Assembly: GCF_964204865.1 (NCBI RefSeq)
Contig: NC_135262.1
Location: 17,918,001-17,982,000 of the forward strand
DNA: 64,000 bases
Source: Styela clava
Lineage: Eukaryota
Direction: 5' to 3'
Made by a program: the position numbers and the translations under genes
In this document: positions 41,446 to 54,377 of the stretch, piece by piece
Layout of the letters: each line of letters begins with the position of its first letter
Position numbering within the stretch: the first letter of the stretch is position 1
The notes under the pieces: model-generated
Told to the model about the DNA's origin: nothing
Database searches by the model: none
What the model saw: only the letters and a program-made list of their open reading frames with translations

Positions 41446-43849
41446 ATTTGACTACGAAAACCTTTATATGAAATATAACCAGAAAAGCCAAACTAATTTT
41501 GTTTGCTGTTATAATTTACATTCTTAATCTTGGAACCCAAACTAATTCAATGAGAAGACTAGGAGATGACTCTTCTAGTTCTGAGATAACCAATGATAGT
41601 GTGTACAAAGACTTGAAAAAACCTGTCTTGGAAAGACCAAAATACGAACCCAAAACTTTAGGACAAGGAGGTCATGCTGTAAGACTGATGGAACCTGGTG
41701 AAAAGGAAAAACAAGAGGAAAGCATTTAATCAGTATGTGAGTGAAAAAAATATCACTCCATCATAAAATCGAAGATACTCGACATGAACAATGCAAATCT
41801 CGTCTTCTTTTTGAATATCGGAATATGCCAACAACTCCTATTGTTCTTCCTTTTATATAATGAAGGATGGACGACACTGATTCGTACAATATTTAGTGTA
41901 CTTCACACGTCACCTGTCGGTTTGTTGAGGGAAGTAATTCTGGTGAATGACTATAGTGACAAACCGCATCTCAAAGAACAATTAGAAAAGTACTTTAAAG
42001 ATATTGAAAGAGCTCGCTTGATACGAACCGTAAAGCGCGAAGGACTAGTGCGAGCTCGTTTGCTTGGTGCTCCACATACTGTAGGGCAGGGATGGCGAAC
42101 CACTGACCCGTGGGTCACAAGGTGACCCACTGCGTTTTATTCGTGACCCGCCAAAGCACGAATAAGTTTAAAAAAATGCTAACCTATAAACATTGATGAA
42201 ACCGGCCTTAAATGAATCTAACAATAACTAAAATATTATAATGTACCGTCAGGGCTGCGATCGCTAATATTCAAATTAATTTCTGGACAGGTATGGTAAT
42301 TATCAAAATCCCTAATCTCGTACGCGTTAATCAGCTATTGACTCTGACATCGTTTATGACATACCAATGCAATTGATATGTTCATTTCTCGCAACGTCTT
42401 GTCTCTTTTGGAAATGCTTCTGCAGACTGTCTTAGGGGTTATACGAGAACTAGATGTTACTTCGCATTTTATTAGTTTCTAGCCTATAATGCCATTGAGA
42501 AAACAAAATCTTTCAGACTTGAAATTAAAAACCTAGAAATCTGAAATAACAATGGGGCAGTTTAAAAGTGCCTTAATGTGGTTGAAAACCGATCGAAAAA
42601 TATAACACTATCAGAGTGGAATTCCCTCCCGAACTCTTTGGAACCGTAAAATAATTTGCCGCATCATCCTAAACGTTTTTGGTAATTCATATGTGTGTTT
42701 TCTTACACTAATTTAATATATTCGAGTGCCATAATAAGTCTCTGATAGAAGTGCCGCATAAGTAAAGCCCAAAACACCAACAGAAGCTTATAAGATTTGT
42801 TTCAGAAGTTTCTTAATGATACAAGCATTGACTGAATATCTGTCACCCACTCACTTCTGTTCCGCGATAAAAATATAATTTTTGACCCATTCATTGAAAA
42901 AGGTCCGCCATCCCTGCTGTAGGGGATGTTATAACATTCTTGGATTGCCATTGCGAATGCATGGATGGTTGGCTTGAACCTTTACTTGAACGCATAATGC
43001 AGGATAAGTCAGCAGTTGTTGTTCCAGTTGTCGACAATATTGATTATGATACATTCCAATATTACTATGGTGGTCAAGAACCCCAAATTGGTGGGTTTAA
43101 TTGGAGATTAAATTTTTGATGGGATTCTATTTCATATGCAAAACGAAAACGTATAAAAAGACCTGTTGATCCGATTTGTAAAGCCTATTTTTTGCACATT
43201 GGTACTTACTAAACTGGTAGGGAAATATGGGGTGGTGAAAACCTTGAATTATCTTTCAGAGTATGGATGTGTGGTGGAGTGCTAGAAACACTGCCATGTT
43301 CTCATGTATGACATGTTTATCCAAAACAGGCACCATATCAACGACCCAAGTATTTGCCCAACATAGATCGCGCAGCGGAAGTTTGGATGGATGAATACAA
43401 AAAACATTTTTATGTCAGAAATCCCCCCGCTAAATAGGAAAAATATTGGGACATAAGGGAAAGAGTAAGTTTGCGTGAACGCCTCAATTGTAAATCTTTC
43501 AAGTGGTATCTAGAAAATGTATATCCAGATTTTGATGTCCCTGAAGACAAGCCAGGAAGTTATGGGTCTCTTCGTAACAGAATGTTCAATACATATTGTT
43601 TGGATTATGCCGAACCCCCGTCACCCCGTCCTACAGGTATAAAAAATAACAGTGTATAGCTGTCATGGACAAAGTGGGAACCAATTTTTTGAATATACAT
43701 TTAAACACGAAATATGGCATAATCCCGAAAGAGAAATGTGCCTAAGTGCAATGAAATCAGAGGATGGTGTAACTATGCTTGATTGTGTAGAAGATCACAG
43801 AAATTGTGATGAAAACAGTGAAGCTCAACAATGGTTTTGGGTGGGATGA
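41446..43849 (+). pseudogene. GALNT4/12-like pseudogene (duplicate of 50773-52488)
   Basis: Start codon destroyed, multiple stops and frameshifts, SPTMAGGLF segment and ~120 bp of the lectin domain deleted, MITE inserted. Confidence 0.95.
42087..42916. mobile_element. hAT MITE inserted in the GALNT pseudogene
   Basis: TIRs CAGGGATGGCGAACC / GGTCCGCCATCCCTG; perfect 8-bp TSD CTGTAGGG; empty site visible in the intact paralogue (~51410). Confidence 0.95.
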
Positions 43850-46800
43850 AAGGAAATTTGCGCTACAGAACCACACACACAGAAGCTAACAGATCACTCG
43901 GAATGCCAAATCAAACTAGGAAGGTTCTTTCTGCTTGGTTTCTTGGCGCATGAGTTTTTGTTTCACTATTTGAGCTTTCTAGAACTGTTTAACTTCAAAT
44001 GTTTTCCATGTAGAGTTGTCTGAAACGCAATAAAATTGTCGAGGACTTTTTATTTACCTTTGGGGCTTTTTTTTATCTTTTGTTCAGACTAATCTGAAGC
44101 TATTGTATTATAATGCAGTCTTAATATATCAAAGATATTGCTAGATTTAATTTTCTTTTTTACAAATATCATTGAATATCTTTGAACAATGGTCTCAAAT
44201 TTGCATTTTTTGAAATAATATCAAGTACTTATTTATTGAAAAACCCTTGAAATTGAGCATGATTCAGTGGTGTAAGATATTTTCTAGATTTTATATTCGT
44301 GATGTCTCATGACTGGAATAAATATTTGACAAAAATTTACAAACAAGAAAATGATATTGTGCTACACTAAAACAGCTCTCAGGGCCTATAAATTAATATT
44401 CACTGAATTTAATGCTTTATATACATTATCAAAACTGACCCATTCTTAGCTGAATGCTTGTTATTCTGTACATCTCATATTTCAATATCTAACATGAGCA
44501 GTTATGAACTGTATTTTAATTTGACTCATTTTCCTGTTTGGCATTTTTGCCATTTTTATTATACATAATGATATTTTAAAAAAAAAAAACGTGTAAATGT
44601 TGATTGTAATTCAATAAAAGAGAAGGCGTATATTTGGGCGCTCGAAGCGATAGAAGTGTTATATGCTAATATAAGGACTCCGGACACAATCACTTTCATT
44701 AATATAAATCGCGGCGCACTGAAAGGCAATACATTAATTTATTAACATTAATTTACAAGTAAGAGTTATGAGTAATAATTTACCTACGGCTCTCGCTAAT
44801 AAAGAGGAACGATAAACGTTAAAAATCTTTGTGTTATGGTATTTTTTGTTTATTCTGCGCCATCATATCTGTTCAATTCCTAATTTTAAATAAAGCGCGT
44901 TAACAACGTTTTTTTTCAATTCCTAAATGTTAAACCAAACAAAATAAGACAGGTAAATAATTTATTCTATAAAATTTTCTAGAGATTTTCGGGGGAAATA
45001 TTTTTTTGACCACGGCGAATGCCATTATTGCCGACTCATTCAATCAGTAACTTAACTCTAAGCAACACTGAGTATTCACGCAATGAAGAATTTGCGGAGT
45101 TTTTAATTATTATTTAATACGCAAATATCACAGACACGACAGAAAATTCAAAACATAAAAAATTAAAATATTAGCATTATAAATATCGCATTCCGGGGTC
45201 AGTAATGATAATATTGTTCGCATAAAATTGGGACTGTAATTTACACTGTAATTTGGGACTGCGATATGGAAGATCAAATCCTAGCAGAAGATAAAATCAG
45301 AATAAAATTAATTTGTGTTGTGAATTCCCTCCTTAATAACTGTCATTAAAATCTTTGCCGATGTGAACTCACAGTTCTGCCTGAAATATAAAACCAAACT
45401 TCGATGTCCGCTTTTGCATGAGAATTAATACTTGGGAATACAAAAAGTGCTAGCTTACCAGCATTAATTAGGATGTCGGCCGACCAAACGATCTCGGCGA
45501 CAAAAAAAATCAGCGGTTATGATGAAATTCAAAAGTAAAAAATGCCGCGTTATTACCGAGTTTTCAGTCATTTAGTAATTTCGACAATATTCTCATCATT
45601 CGTTAAAAATTTTTGAATTATTCGATTGAAAAAATTGACTTTGCCCATTACTAATCACGGCGCATATGTAAATACTCACTGAATGACAATAAAAAAAATC
45701 GACTCGATTGACATTAAATTATGACAGGTAATATTTTCACATTCAATGCATATTTAATCGCTGCTACATGCGAGTTTGTTTTGTGCATACTCGCATAAAC
45801 GATTTTTTTCCACTGAAAACCGCGAGTTGTCCTTTTTTTTCAAAATTAATTTTAATAGTTTTATCGATTTATTTTTAAATACGGGCACTAAGAAGCGATT
45901 TCTCAAAAAATGGATTGATATTTCGCCTAAAACTCAAAATTTGTTTGAGAACCCCTGGCATATATCATTTGTTTATTTTCTATATTCGTGCTGTTTCTAA
46001 ACTGTAAAGATTTCATTTTGTTCTCTTGTATTTCGTGTACATTTAACACGATTGTGCAAAGCATCGGGATGCAAATATTTATTACTGGCTAATAAAATTC
46101 GCGAGAGTGCGGTTACATTTGTTTCTCTCCTGCAAATGGCTAGCACATTTATGAAACGATGAAGAGCGAACAAAACGACACGGTTGCCGCTTATTACGGA
46201 TTAACGGTCGACGATTAGTAGGATGTTTGAAATAGGACGAGCAAAGTATTCACCAAACGACGCCTGCCGAAGGGAGGCGAGCTACACGCAAGTCTGAATT
46301 AAATCAACAGCGTTTCATTGCGAACGACACACACTTTTTAGTTCTTTAAACACCTAACGGGAATTGTGCTTTTGGAGCACTGTTTCAATTTTAAGCCCCC
46401 AAAGCCCCGTTGAAAAATTCTTTCTGCGTCCATGCTAAGTATGTTACTTTCAATTTGATATGCTGTTTTGGCCAAAAATGACTGTTAGAGTAGTATCTTT
46501 TAGTTCCTATGCATAGCTCTTGACTGTACACTTCATTGTTTAATAACATTTAGTTCTTAGAATATAATATCTTCGGCATTTATGGCAATTTCAACACTAT
46601 TGTGATAATATGAATATGATATACCATGAAATAATGGTCAGTGTTGTGTGTGCCTGTAATCACCACATTGTTTAGCTAAGCAAGGAAAGAAACGGATAGC
46701 TTTATTCTCAGCTTTTCGTGTTGTGTTCTATAATATAGAAATTTTTAAAGTTCGTTTGAATAATCTATATTCTCATTTGATTTACCTTTAATGTTATATT

Positions 46801-47092
46801 TTGTTTTATTTTTTCTCTGTCATTTGAAGCCCTAATTTTTATTTTTAATGGTAGAACAAATTCTTCAATGGTGGGTTGTTCTTTGAGAAATCAAATTGGA
46901 ATTCGTCATACTAGAAAGTTATTCTCGAGTTGTTGAAGAATTTTCTATTTTGAAACTAATAATTGAAAATAACTTCAAAGTACTAAATGTTTTCATTTGT
47001 AAATCTATCCTATCACAACTTCCAGCTATCAACTCTAACAGCAGATGAGGCTGAATACATTTATCACACAGTAGCACAAATTCTAATAATAG

Positions 47093-48190
47093 ATACAGAA
47101 GATTTATACACAGAAGTCTACCAAAAAATGAAAAATATACGACTGGTCTATCAAGCTTCCTATAATGAAAAAGAAGCCACACGTGGCTGTAACATATGCC
47201 ATTGAAACAATGGAACTTCCAATAACAGTAGATGAATGGCTTGGTTTATTGAAAGCTGACATGTCAACGGCATTTCCAAGTGAAAAACTATTACCAGGTA
47301 GAAGTGTCCACATTCATGGTTTATACCCGGTATTTTACAATTTTAGATTGATTTTTGAATTAACATTATTGTATATGAAAATGATTTAGTTTACGTTTTG
47401 TCACAATGAATGATTTGGTATGCCTATATCGAGATGAATATTGTCCAATGAAGTAATTTTTCATTCTGTACGGGGGTTGAAAAGATGGTGCAACATTTGT
47501 AACAACATAATATTTAAATTGTCATATGCACAGGTAATTTATCATAATAAAGTAACCAATTTTAAAGTAATATAGAAATCTTAATGAAATCTACAATCAT
47601 TTCTGCAAATACTTGAGTGGGTCTACTGTTTTTTTAATGTTGCAATTTTATTTAAAAGACTATTTAAAACAAGTTCTAGATTTAGTTGCAAAAATTATTT
47701 TTCAATTTCGACATTTATAATATTGGTTTAAAGATCCAAGAAATGGGTAGACTTTGATTTATAATGAAAATGTGCCGTGTTTTGAAATATATACCAACCT
47801 TTTATCATTGTTTATTTTGTGTTCACCTCAATACGTGAGAGTTTTAATTTTTATGGTTGAACATCATAAAAGTACTTTCAATTCTAAATCCGGTGTATTG
47901 ATTAGTTGAGGCAAGTTGGAGGCAAGATTCACCAAGTATAGCCAATTATGATCATGTTATATTTTAGTATGTACTATGACCACTAGAGCATATGTTATAA
48001 TTGTTTACATTAGGATCTGGGACTGATGGTTTCTCACTAAAATCAACCGATCATAAAGATTTCTTTTCATTATTTGAACATATAACATTTTGTGGTAATG
48101 TCTCGGATGTAAAGTATCGGGAACCTCACCCTGATGTCTACATTATTAGTATAGTGACATCAGATTTCAACCCAGCCACCAAGCCATTGG
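47093..48190 (+). pseudogene. PUDP: Pseudouridine-5'-phosphatase (PUDP/HDHD1, HAD family) intron-containing pseudogene fragment. Exon relics ~47093-47297, 47473-47533, 48014-48190
   Basis: DTEDLYTEVYQK...IETMELPITVDEWL...AFPSEKLLPG / VEKMVQHL*QHNI*IVICTG / SGTDGFSLKSTDHKDFFSLFEHITFCGNVSDVKYREPHPDVY follows HDHD1 motifs; frameshift, two in-frame stops, terminal exons missing. Confidence 0.8.
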
Positions 48191-48248
48191 TGCTAAAATC
48201 TCTTTGTGATTTAGATCTGGGCATATTTGGGTTTCCTTCCTTACCAAA

Positions 48249-48286
48249 TTCTATTCTATTCTATTCTATTCTATTCTATTCTATTT
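48249..48286. repeat. (TTCTA)n microsatellite, possible retroposon tail
   Basis: Direct reading. Confidence 0.9.
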
Positions 48287-48508
48287 AAATTGCTCAATTT
48301 TGGGGGCTGTTTTTTTTATTTATAAATATGCTTCTCTTCTTTCTATACTTCCTAATTCAATAATCTTGATTAGGCACATAATGGATATTATGGATACGTA
48401 AAATTGATATTGTTTTATCATACGAATTAGGAATTTGATGTTTATTTCTGTTGCGTTCTATTATCTTTTTATTTAATATTTTCACTGGATTCATCTGACT
48501 TTAAAACT

Positions 48509-48675
48509 GGCTCGGCAGTGTGGCGCATCGTGTAAGCGTTGGGAATACGCTCGCCGCCGCATCTCTGATTACACTTCGTGGGTTTGCAAATTCGAATATC
48601 GTGGGAAATGCTTATGTGCAAGAGTGCGCAGGGTGATTCACGTAACCGCTGTTCGGTTACGGCTTCCTCCACCAT
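48509..48675 (+). mobile_element. tRNA-derived SINE head (degenerate)
   Basis: A-box-like TGGCGCATCGTG and B-box-like ATTCGAATATC; GC-rich island; no intact cloverleaf. Confidence 0.5.
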
Positions 48676-49404
48676 CAAGTAGATATGTACCAATACCACT
48701 TTTGTCGCCGATACCGCTCCGATATAAAGAAAAAACGCCGATACCGATACGCCGGTATGCGGTATTTCAATAAGCGATACCGATATTACTATAAATGCAG
48801 AAATCTGCGAGTTTGGTCAGGATTGCATAAATCACCATGTGAGTGCTCGGGACTTCTTTCTAGTTGATTGTGTTTATAAAATCCTTCGAAAGCTACACAA
48901 AAAATCGATGACGTAGTCACTTACTCAAGCATATAGCGAAGCAGTAGTGTAAAAGTATATTCACCATACCACACATGGTTTGCTAATTTATTGGAATCAG
49001 CGTAATTTGTTATTAGTATGTTGGTCTCGTTACAAAGTAGGAACAACTGAAGACTATAATCGTCTCACGGAGGTGTAGGAGTGCATGTGGAATGTCAATG
49101 GCTGAATATGGAGACATTGATGTTGGGGATAAAGCAGTCATCATTTTTATAGACCTTTTATTTGATTTTATAGACCACTATTTCGAATGATATTTGTTTG
49201 GGATATATATTTTAATATCTAATCAATAATCACGGATAGCCAATACCGAATAATTCACTATTTCGAAAACATTCTAAATTATTATATTCGAATATGAATT
49301 ATCGAATATATTCGAAAAGGAAATCAACTAATGAATGCTTTTCTTAGTGTGTGAAGGAATTTGCATACAATAAACAATGGAATAACTGTTATCTGCAATT
49401 TACA

Positions 49405-49790
49405 AGACATTTTATGTCCACATATTGCCGTGATATTTCAGAGAAGTAATGCTTTTAATTTTCCTCATGTACGAAAATACAAATAAAAAATTAAGCATAA
49501 TCGCGCAGTTTTCCACACAATATATGTCCACAAATTACCGTGATATTCTAGAATAAAGTTGCTTTCATTTTTTCTCATGTACAAAACTACGAATCAAAAA
49601 GGAATTATAGTTTACCATCACACATTTTATGTCCACAGATTGCCGTGATAATTGAGTTGTAAATGCATTTATGTTTTCGTAGTAGTATAAGTATAAGATA
49701 ATACAGATACAAAATTATTTATAATCGGGCAGTTCACCACACATTTTTATGTCCACAGATTGCCGTGATATTCAGGAATAGTAATAAATT
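49405..49790. repeat. ~110-bp tandem repeat x4 upstream of GALNT
   Basis: Core CATTTTATGTCCACA.ATTGCCGTGATA at ~49408, 49518, 49623, 49742. Confidence 0.75.
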
Positions 49791-50772
49791 CATTTTTTCG
49801 ACGCAACCATGAGTTACGTTGAACAGAATAAAATTAATACGGCAAGGCATTTAAAATGTTGGTATCAGTCATGGATTTTGATATTTTGCGCAACAGAAAA
49901 TCATTCTAGTAAAATGTCGATACTTTTAACAATTTTTAATAACAATTATTTGCCAAAAAGCGGGAAAAAGTTTAAATTATTTTTCCTAATAAATCAGCTT
50001 GTTTCTTCCGATTCGCGAAAATTTATTTGGTATTTATTTGGTATTGAATTAATGTTTCTTTTGACGAATTCAAATTTTATTGATTTTCTGTAACTGTAAA
50101 CACATAAAACGATTTTCCTGTTTTGTGGTTGCTAACTACGCTTTATCGCGTCATGTTAATAAGCAATCTCTTTGTTGTATTTACGCTCACCGACCATGAC
50201 GTTACAAAGCAAAAGTGAGTTCCTATTTGACTCGCGCAATATTTAATTTATATTTTTAAAATTGGATTTATTCAACAAGTCATGATGATATAATTTTTAT
50301 TCAATAACGTTTGTTTGATTTCATCTGCTTTACAACTCAGCAAACGAGGTGTCGCTGACACGATGACTTACTTTATAGTCTTTCGCGGCCCTGCGTCAAT
50401 TGCGGAAATATTGTATGTTTGTTTGTTTTATATTTTTATTATTATGTTTGTTTAATTTTGTGTGTACAATATTTCAAGCACGACGAAATAAATATCTGAA
50501 TCTGAATCTATCGTAGCAATTACGGCTTTACAAAATTTTCAATTTTTCTACGTAATGAAAATGAATGCGTCTGGAGATTTCCCTCGAAAACGAAACACTT
50601 TGCTGACGGCGAAGGTGGCTAATATTCGGTATTATTCTGAAATTAGGCAATGAAGTATTCCAATACTTTGATATACGAATATTGCTATATATTGAATATT
50701 GCTAATCATTATATCATCGACCTTTCCATTTTATAGAAATGTTTTCACTTAAATTTTTAACACACTTCCACC

Positions 50773-52488
50773 ATGAAAACCTTTACATGGAAATTACCAC
50801 GAACAGTCAAACTAATTTTGTTTGCTGTTATAATTTACATTCTTTATCTTGGAAACAAAACTAATTCAATGAGAAGACTAGGAAATGACTCTTCTAGTTC
50901 TGATATAATCATTGATAGTGTGTACAAAGGCTTGAAAAAACCTATCTTGGAAAGACCAAAAAACGACCCCAAAACTTTAGGACAAGGAGGTCATGCCGTA
51001 AGACTGATGGAACCTGGTGAAAGGGAAAAACAAGAAAAAAGCATTCAGATATATGCTGTTAATCAGTATGTGAGTGAAAAAATATCACTACATCGTGAAA
51101 TCGAAGATACTCGGCATGAACATTGCACATCTCGTCCTCCTTTTGATTATCGGAATATGCCAACAACTTCTGTTGTTATTGCTTTTTATAATGAAGGATG
51201 GACAACACTGATTCGTACAATATTCAGTGTACTTCACACGTCACCTGCCGGTTTGTTGAGGGAAGTAATTCTGGTGGATGACTATAGTGACAAACCTTAT
51301 CTCAAAAAACAGTTAGAAAAGTATTTAAAAGATATTGAAAGAGTTCGCTTGATACGAACCGTAAAGCGTGAAGGACTGGTGCGAGCTCGTTTGCTTGGTG
51401 CTTCACATGCTATGGGGGATGTTCTAACATTCTTGGATTGCCATTGCGAATGCATGTATGGTTGGCTTGAACCTTTACTTGAACGAATAATGCAGGAAGA
51501 GTCAGCAGTTGTTGTTCCGGTTATCGACACTATTGATTATGATACATTCCAATATTACTATGGTGGTCATGAACCACAAATTGGTGGGTTTGATTGGAGA
51601 TTAAATTTTCGATGGCATTTAATTCCATATACAGAAAGAAAACGTAGAAAAGGACCTGTTGATCCGATTCGCTCTCCAACTATGGCTGGTGGACTTTTTG
51701 CTATCAGTAAAGCTTATTTTTCGCACATTGGTACTTACGACACTGGCATGGAAATATGGGGTGGTGAAAACCTTGAATTATCTTTTAGAGTATGGATGTG
51801 CGGCGGAGTGCTAGAAACAATACCATGTTCTCATGTAGGACATGTTTATCCAAAACAGGCACCATATCCAAGACCCAAGTTTTTGCCCAACACACTTCGT
51901 GCAGCGGAAGTTTGGATGGATGAATACAAAAGGCATTTTTACATCAGGAATCCCCCCGCCAAATGTGAAAAATATGGGGACATAAGTGAAAGGATAAGTT
52001 TGCGTGAGCGCCTCAATTGTAAATCTTTCAAGTGGTATCTAGAAAATATATATTCAGATTTACATGTCCCTGAAGACAAGCCAGGAAGTTATGGGTCCCT
52101 TCATAACAGAATGTTCAATACATATTGTTTGGATTATGCCGCACCCCCGTCAAATCCTACAGGTGGAAAAGTAGCAATGTATGACTGTCATGGGCAAGGT
52201 GAGAATCAATTTTTCGAATATACATCCAGACACAAAATACGGCATAATCCCGAAAAAGAAATGTGCCTAAGTGCAATGAAATCAGAGGATGGTGTAACTA
52301 TGCTTGATTGTGTAGAAGATCACAGAGAAGTACCAGAATTACAAATATGGATTAAAGATGGTGAATTATTTAGGAATCCTTCAACTAATAAATGTGTAGA
52401 GGGTGTAGTTAAAGGGCAAAATGCATTAACTTTCATCAGAGATTGTGATGAAAACAATAAAGCTCAACAGTGGTTTTGGATGCAGTAA
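50773..52488 (+). CDS. GALNT4: Polypeptide N-acetylgalactosaminyltransferase (GALNT4/GALNT12-like), 571 aa, intronless
   Basis: Kozak CCACCATG; type II TM anchor; GT-A fold with DCH (DxH), [33 protein letters not shown]; C-terminal ricin-B lectin ending QQWF. Confidence 0.95.
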   Translation: MKTFTWKLPRTVKLILFAVIIYILYLGNKTNSMRRLGNDSSSSDIIIDSVYKGLKKPILERPKNDPKTLGQGGHAVRLMEPGEREKQEKSIQIYAVNQYVSEKISLHREIEDTRHEHCTSRPPFDYRNMPTTSVVIAFYNEGWTTLIRTIFSVLHTSPAGLLREVILVDDYSDKPYLKKQLEKYLKDIERVRLIRTVKREGLVRARLLGASHAMGDVLTFLDCHCECMYGWLEPLLERIMQEESAVVVPVIDTIDYDTFQYYYGGHEPQIGGFDWRLNFRWHLIPYTERKRRKGPVDPIRSPTMAGGLFAISKAYFSHIGTYDTGMEIWGGENLELSFRVWMCGGVLETIPCSHVGHVYPKQAPYPRPKFLPNTLRAAEVWMDEYKRHFYIRNPPAKCEKYGDISERISLRERLNCKSFKWYLENIYSDLHVPEDKPGSYGSLHNRMFNTYCLDYAAPPSNPTGGKVAMYDCHGQGENQFFEYTSRHKIRHNPEKEMCLSAMKSEDGVTMLDCVEDHREVPELQIWIKDGELFRNPSTNKCVEGVVKGQNALTFIRDCDENNKAQQWFWMQ

Positions 52489-53559
52489 GAAGAAATTTGC
52501 GTCACAGAACCACACACACAGAAGCTAACAGGTCATATAGAATGTCAAATCAAATTGGGAAGGTTCTTTCTGCTTTGCTTCTTGGTGTATGGTTTTGTGT
52601 TTCACTATTTGAGCTCCCTATAATTGTTTGACTTTGAATGTTTTACATGCTGTGTTGTCTGAAATTCGAATTAATGACAATTAGAAAAAAATGTGTAACT
52701 GTTGATTGTAATTCAGTAAGAGAGAAGGCGTATATTTCGGTGATCAAAAGAAGAGAAGTGTTATATGCTAATTTGAGGTCAATACAATATTTATAAGGCA
52801 TCAATTCATAGAAATTCGTGAGAAAACATATATTGACCCGAATGAATTACATATGATAAAAACTTGTAATCGCTTGGTGATATTTCATAGACCAGAAAAT
52901 ATTAAAAAAATATAATTACAGAATCAAGAAAGCAGACAAAACTTACATAAAGTATAAAATCTAGATGATTGGTGCAACGCCCGCTAAAACAAGTATACGT
53001 TTTGAAATATGAACACAGAATGCTATAATTGCCCTTAGCCTAATGCAAAATTACGTCGACAAGTTCTCAGTACGTCACCGGCGCACCCTATCGGTCGATT
53101 TCTGCGGGGCTAACTTTTGAAAATTCGTGTCGGGCAAACGAAGTCCACTCTATGTAAGCGATAAACGCCGAGAATCTTAAAAATTATATAGAATTAAATT
53201 CGCCACAAAAAATCTTTCGTGATAACCCATCTTTAAGTCTTATATATATATCCCGTGTCTTGTTTATGGATTGACAAAGTTCGTGTATTTCCCTGTTTAA
53301 TTTAAGAACCGGCAAATTTGCCTATGCCGTACATTAAAAATGATTCTTAGGTGTAAGTTTTATAAAAAGAATGATTTTAGGTTTGTCCATATATTGGACT
53401 ATAGACTTTGTAGATTACTGTACTTTGATCGATATATTTATTCATCATTGTTTCAATAGCGGCAAATGATACTCTGAGATTTTATGTAAATATAAAACTA
53501 AATGATATAACTTGAGAAAAAGTTTCCGTTAAAATCCCAAATGTTATTTATGAAAATAC

Positions 53560-54300
53560 GTCTATGAATCAACCATCCTATTTAATTTTGCTATAGGAGT
53601 CACATGTAATTGAAAAAAAGGCCCCTCGGATACATGGATTATTTTGATTTTCCAAAACCAACATTTGTGTGATACTCACAAGACGCAATACAGCTAAACT
53701 CACATACAGATCGTTGGTCGTTACCGAATCTAGCTGTGGCTTCTCCAGACACTATAATGTCATATAAATGTAGGAATGATTCTCTAAAAAATGATCATTG
53801 TATTGTTACAACATCTTTGAACTTAGGAAATATAAAAGCAGAAGAATTTATATCGTTTTGACGGTTTATATATATAAAGTTTCCGAACCTTGTTTTAACA
53901 TATGTACCTCGCGTAACCAATACTATAGGAATCGATAGATTTAACAACAGTTTTACATCTGAACTCATTCACGCACTTGACAAATCAATTACTACATTTG
54001 TTGGGATCGTGACAAGGGCGTTACCATGGTGGACAAAAGATCGCACACTAGTCTTCCGACGAAAATGAAGAGGACATTTCGCGAAACAGATATCATTAAC
54101 AACAACAAAAGAAGAGAGCTAGTTCTCGTAAAATATTACTAACAACAAAACCAAATTGTTGGCTAGAATTCTGTGACTCGGTTAACCAATCCAGTTTTCA
54201 AAAGTGTGGAAAATGGTACATGCATTTACAAATTTACACAGATATTACAATATCAGTATGCCCACGGATCAAAATGGTGCTTTTGTCCCAAATGATTATG
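53560..54300 (+). mobile_element. Highly decayed LINE ORF2 (endonuclease/linker) fragment
   Basis: LILL*ESH (decayed LQETH), NLAVASP...NDH (decayed SDH), LPWWTKD (PWW linker motif). Confidence 0.45.
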
Positions 54301-54377
54301 ACAAAGCTATGACTATTAGGTTTTACATTTTGAACAATAAGCGGTACTGCAAATTTTAAAAATGTGTTTTTGGATAT

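Larger units (their letters stand above)
40140..44670 (+). repeat. Segmental tandem duplication unit 1 (paralogous to 48790-52772)
   Basis: Colinear similarity from ATAAATGCAGAAAT... through GALNT to ...AGAAGTGTTATATGCTAAT. Confidence 0.9.

Noticed and set aside
48509-48610. tRNA gene
   Set aside because: Degenerate A/B boxes with excess spacing and no cloverleaf; better explained as a SINE head.
49405-49790. CRISPR-like repeat-spacer appearance
   Set aside because: Spacers are homologous to each other, the context is eukaryotic and there are no cas genes.
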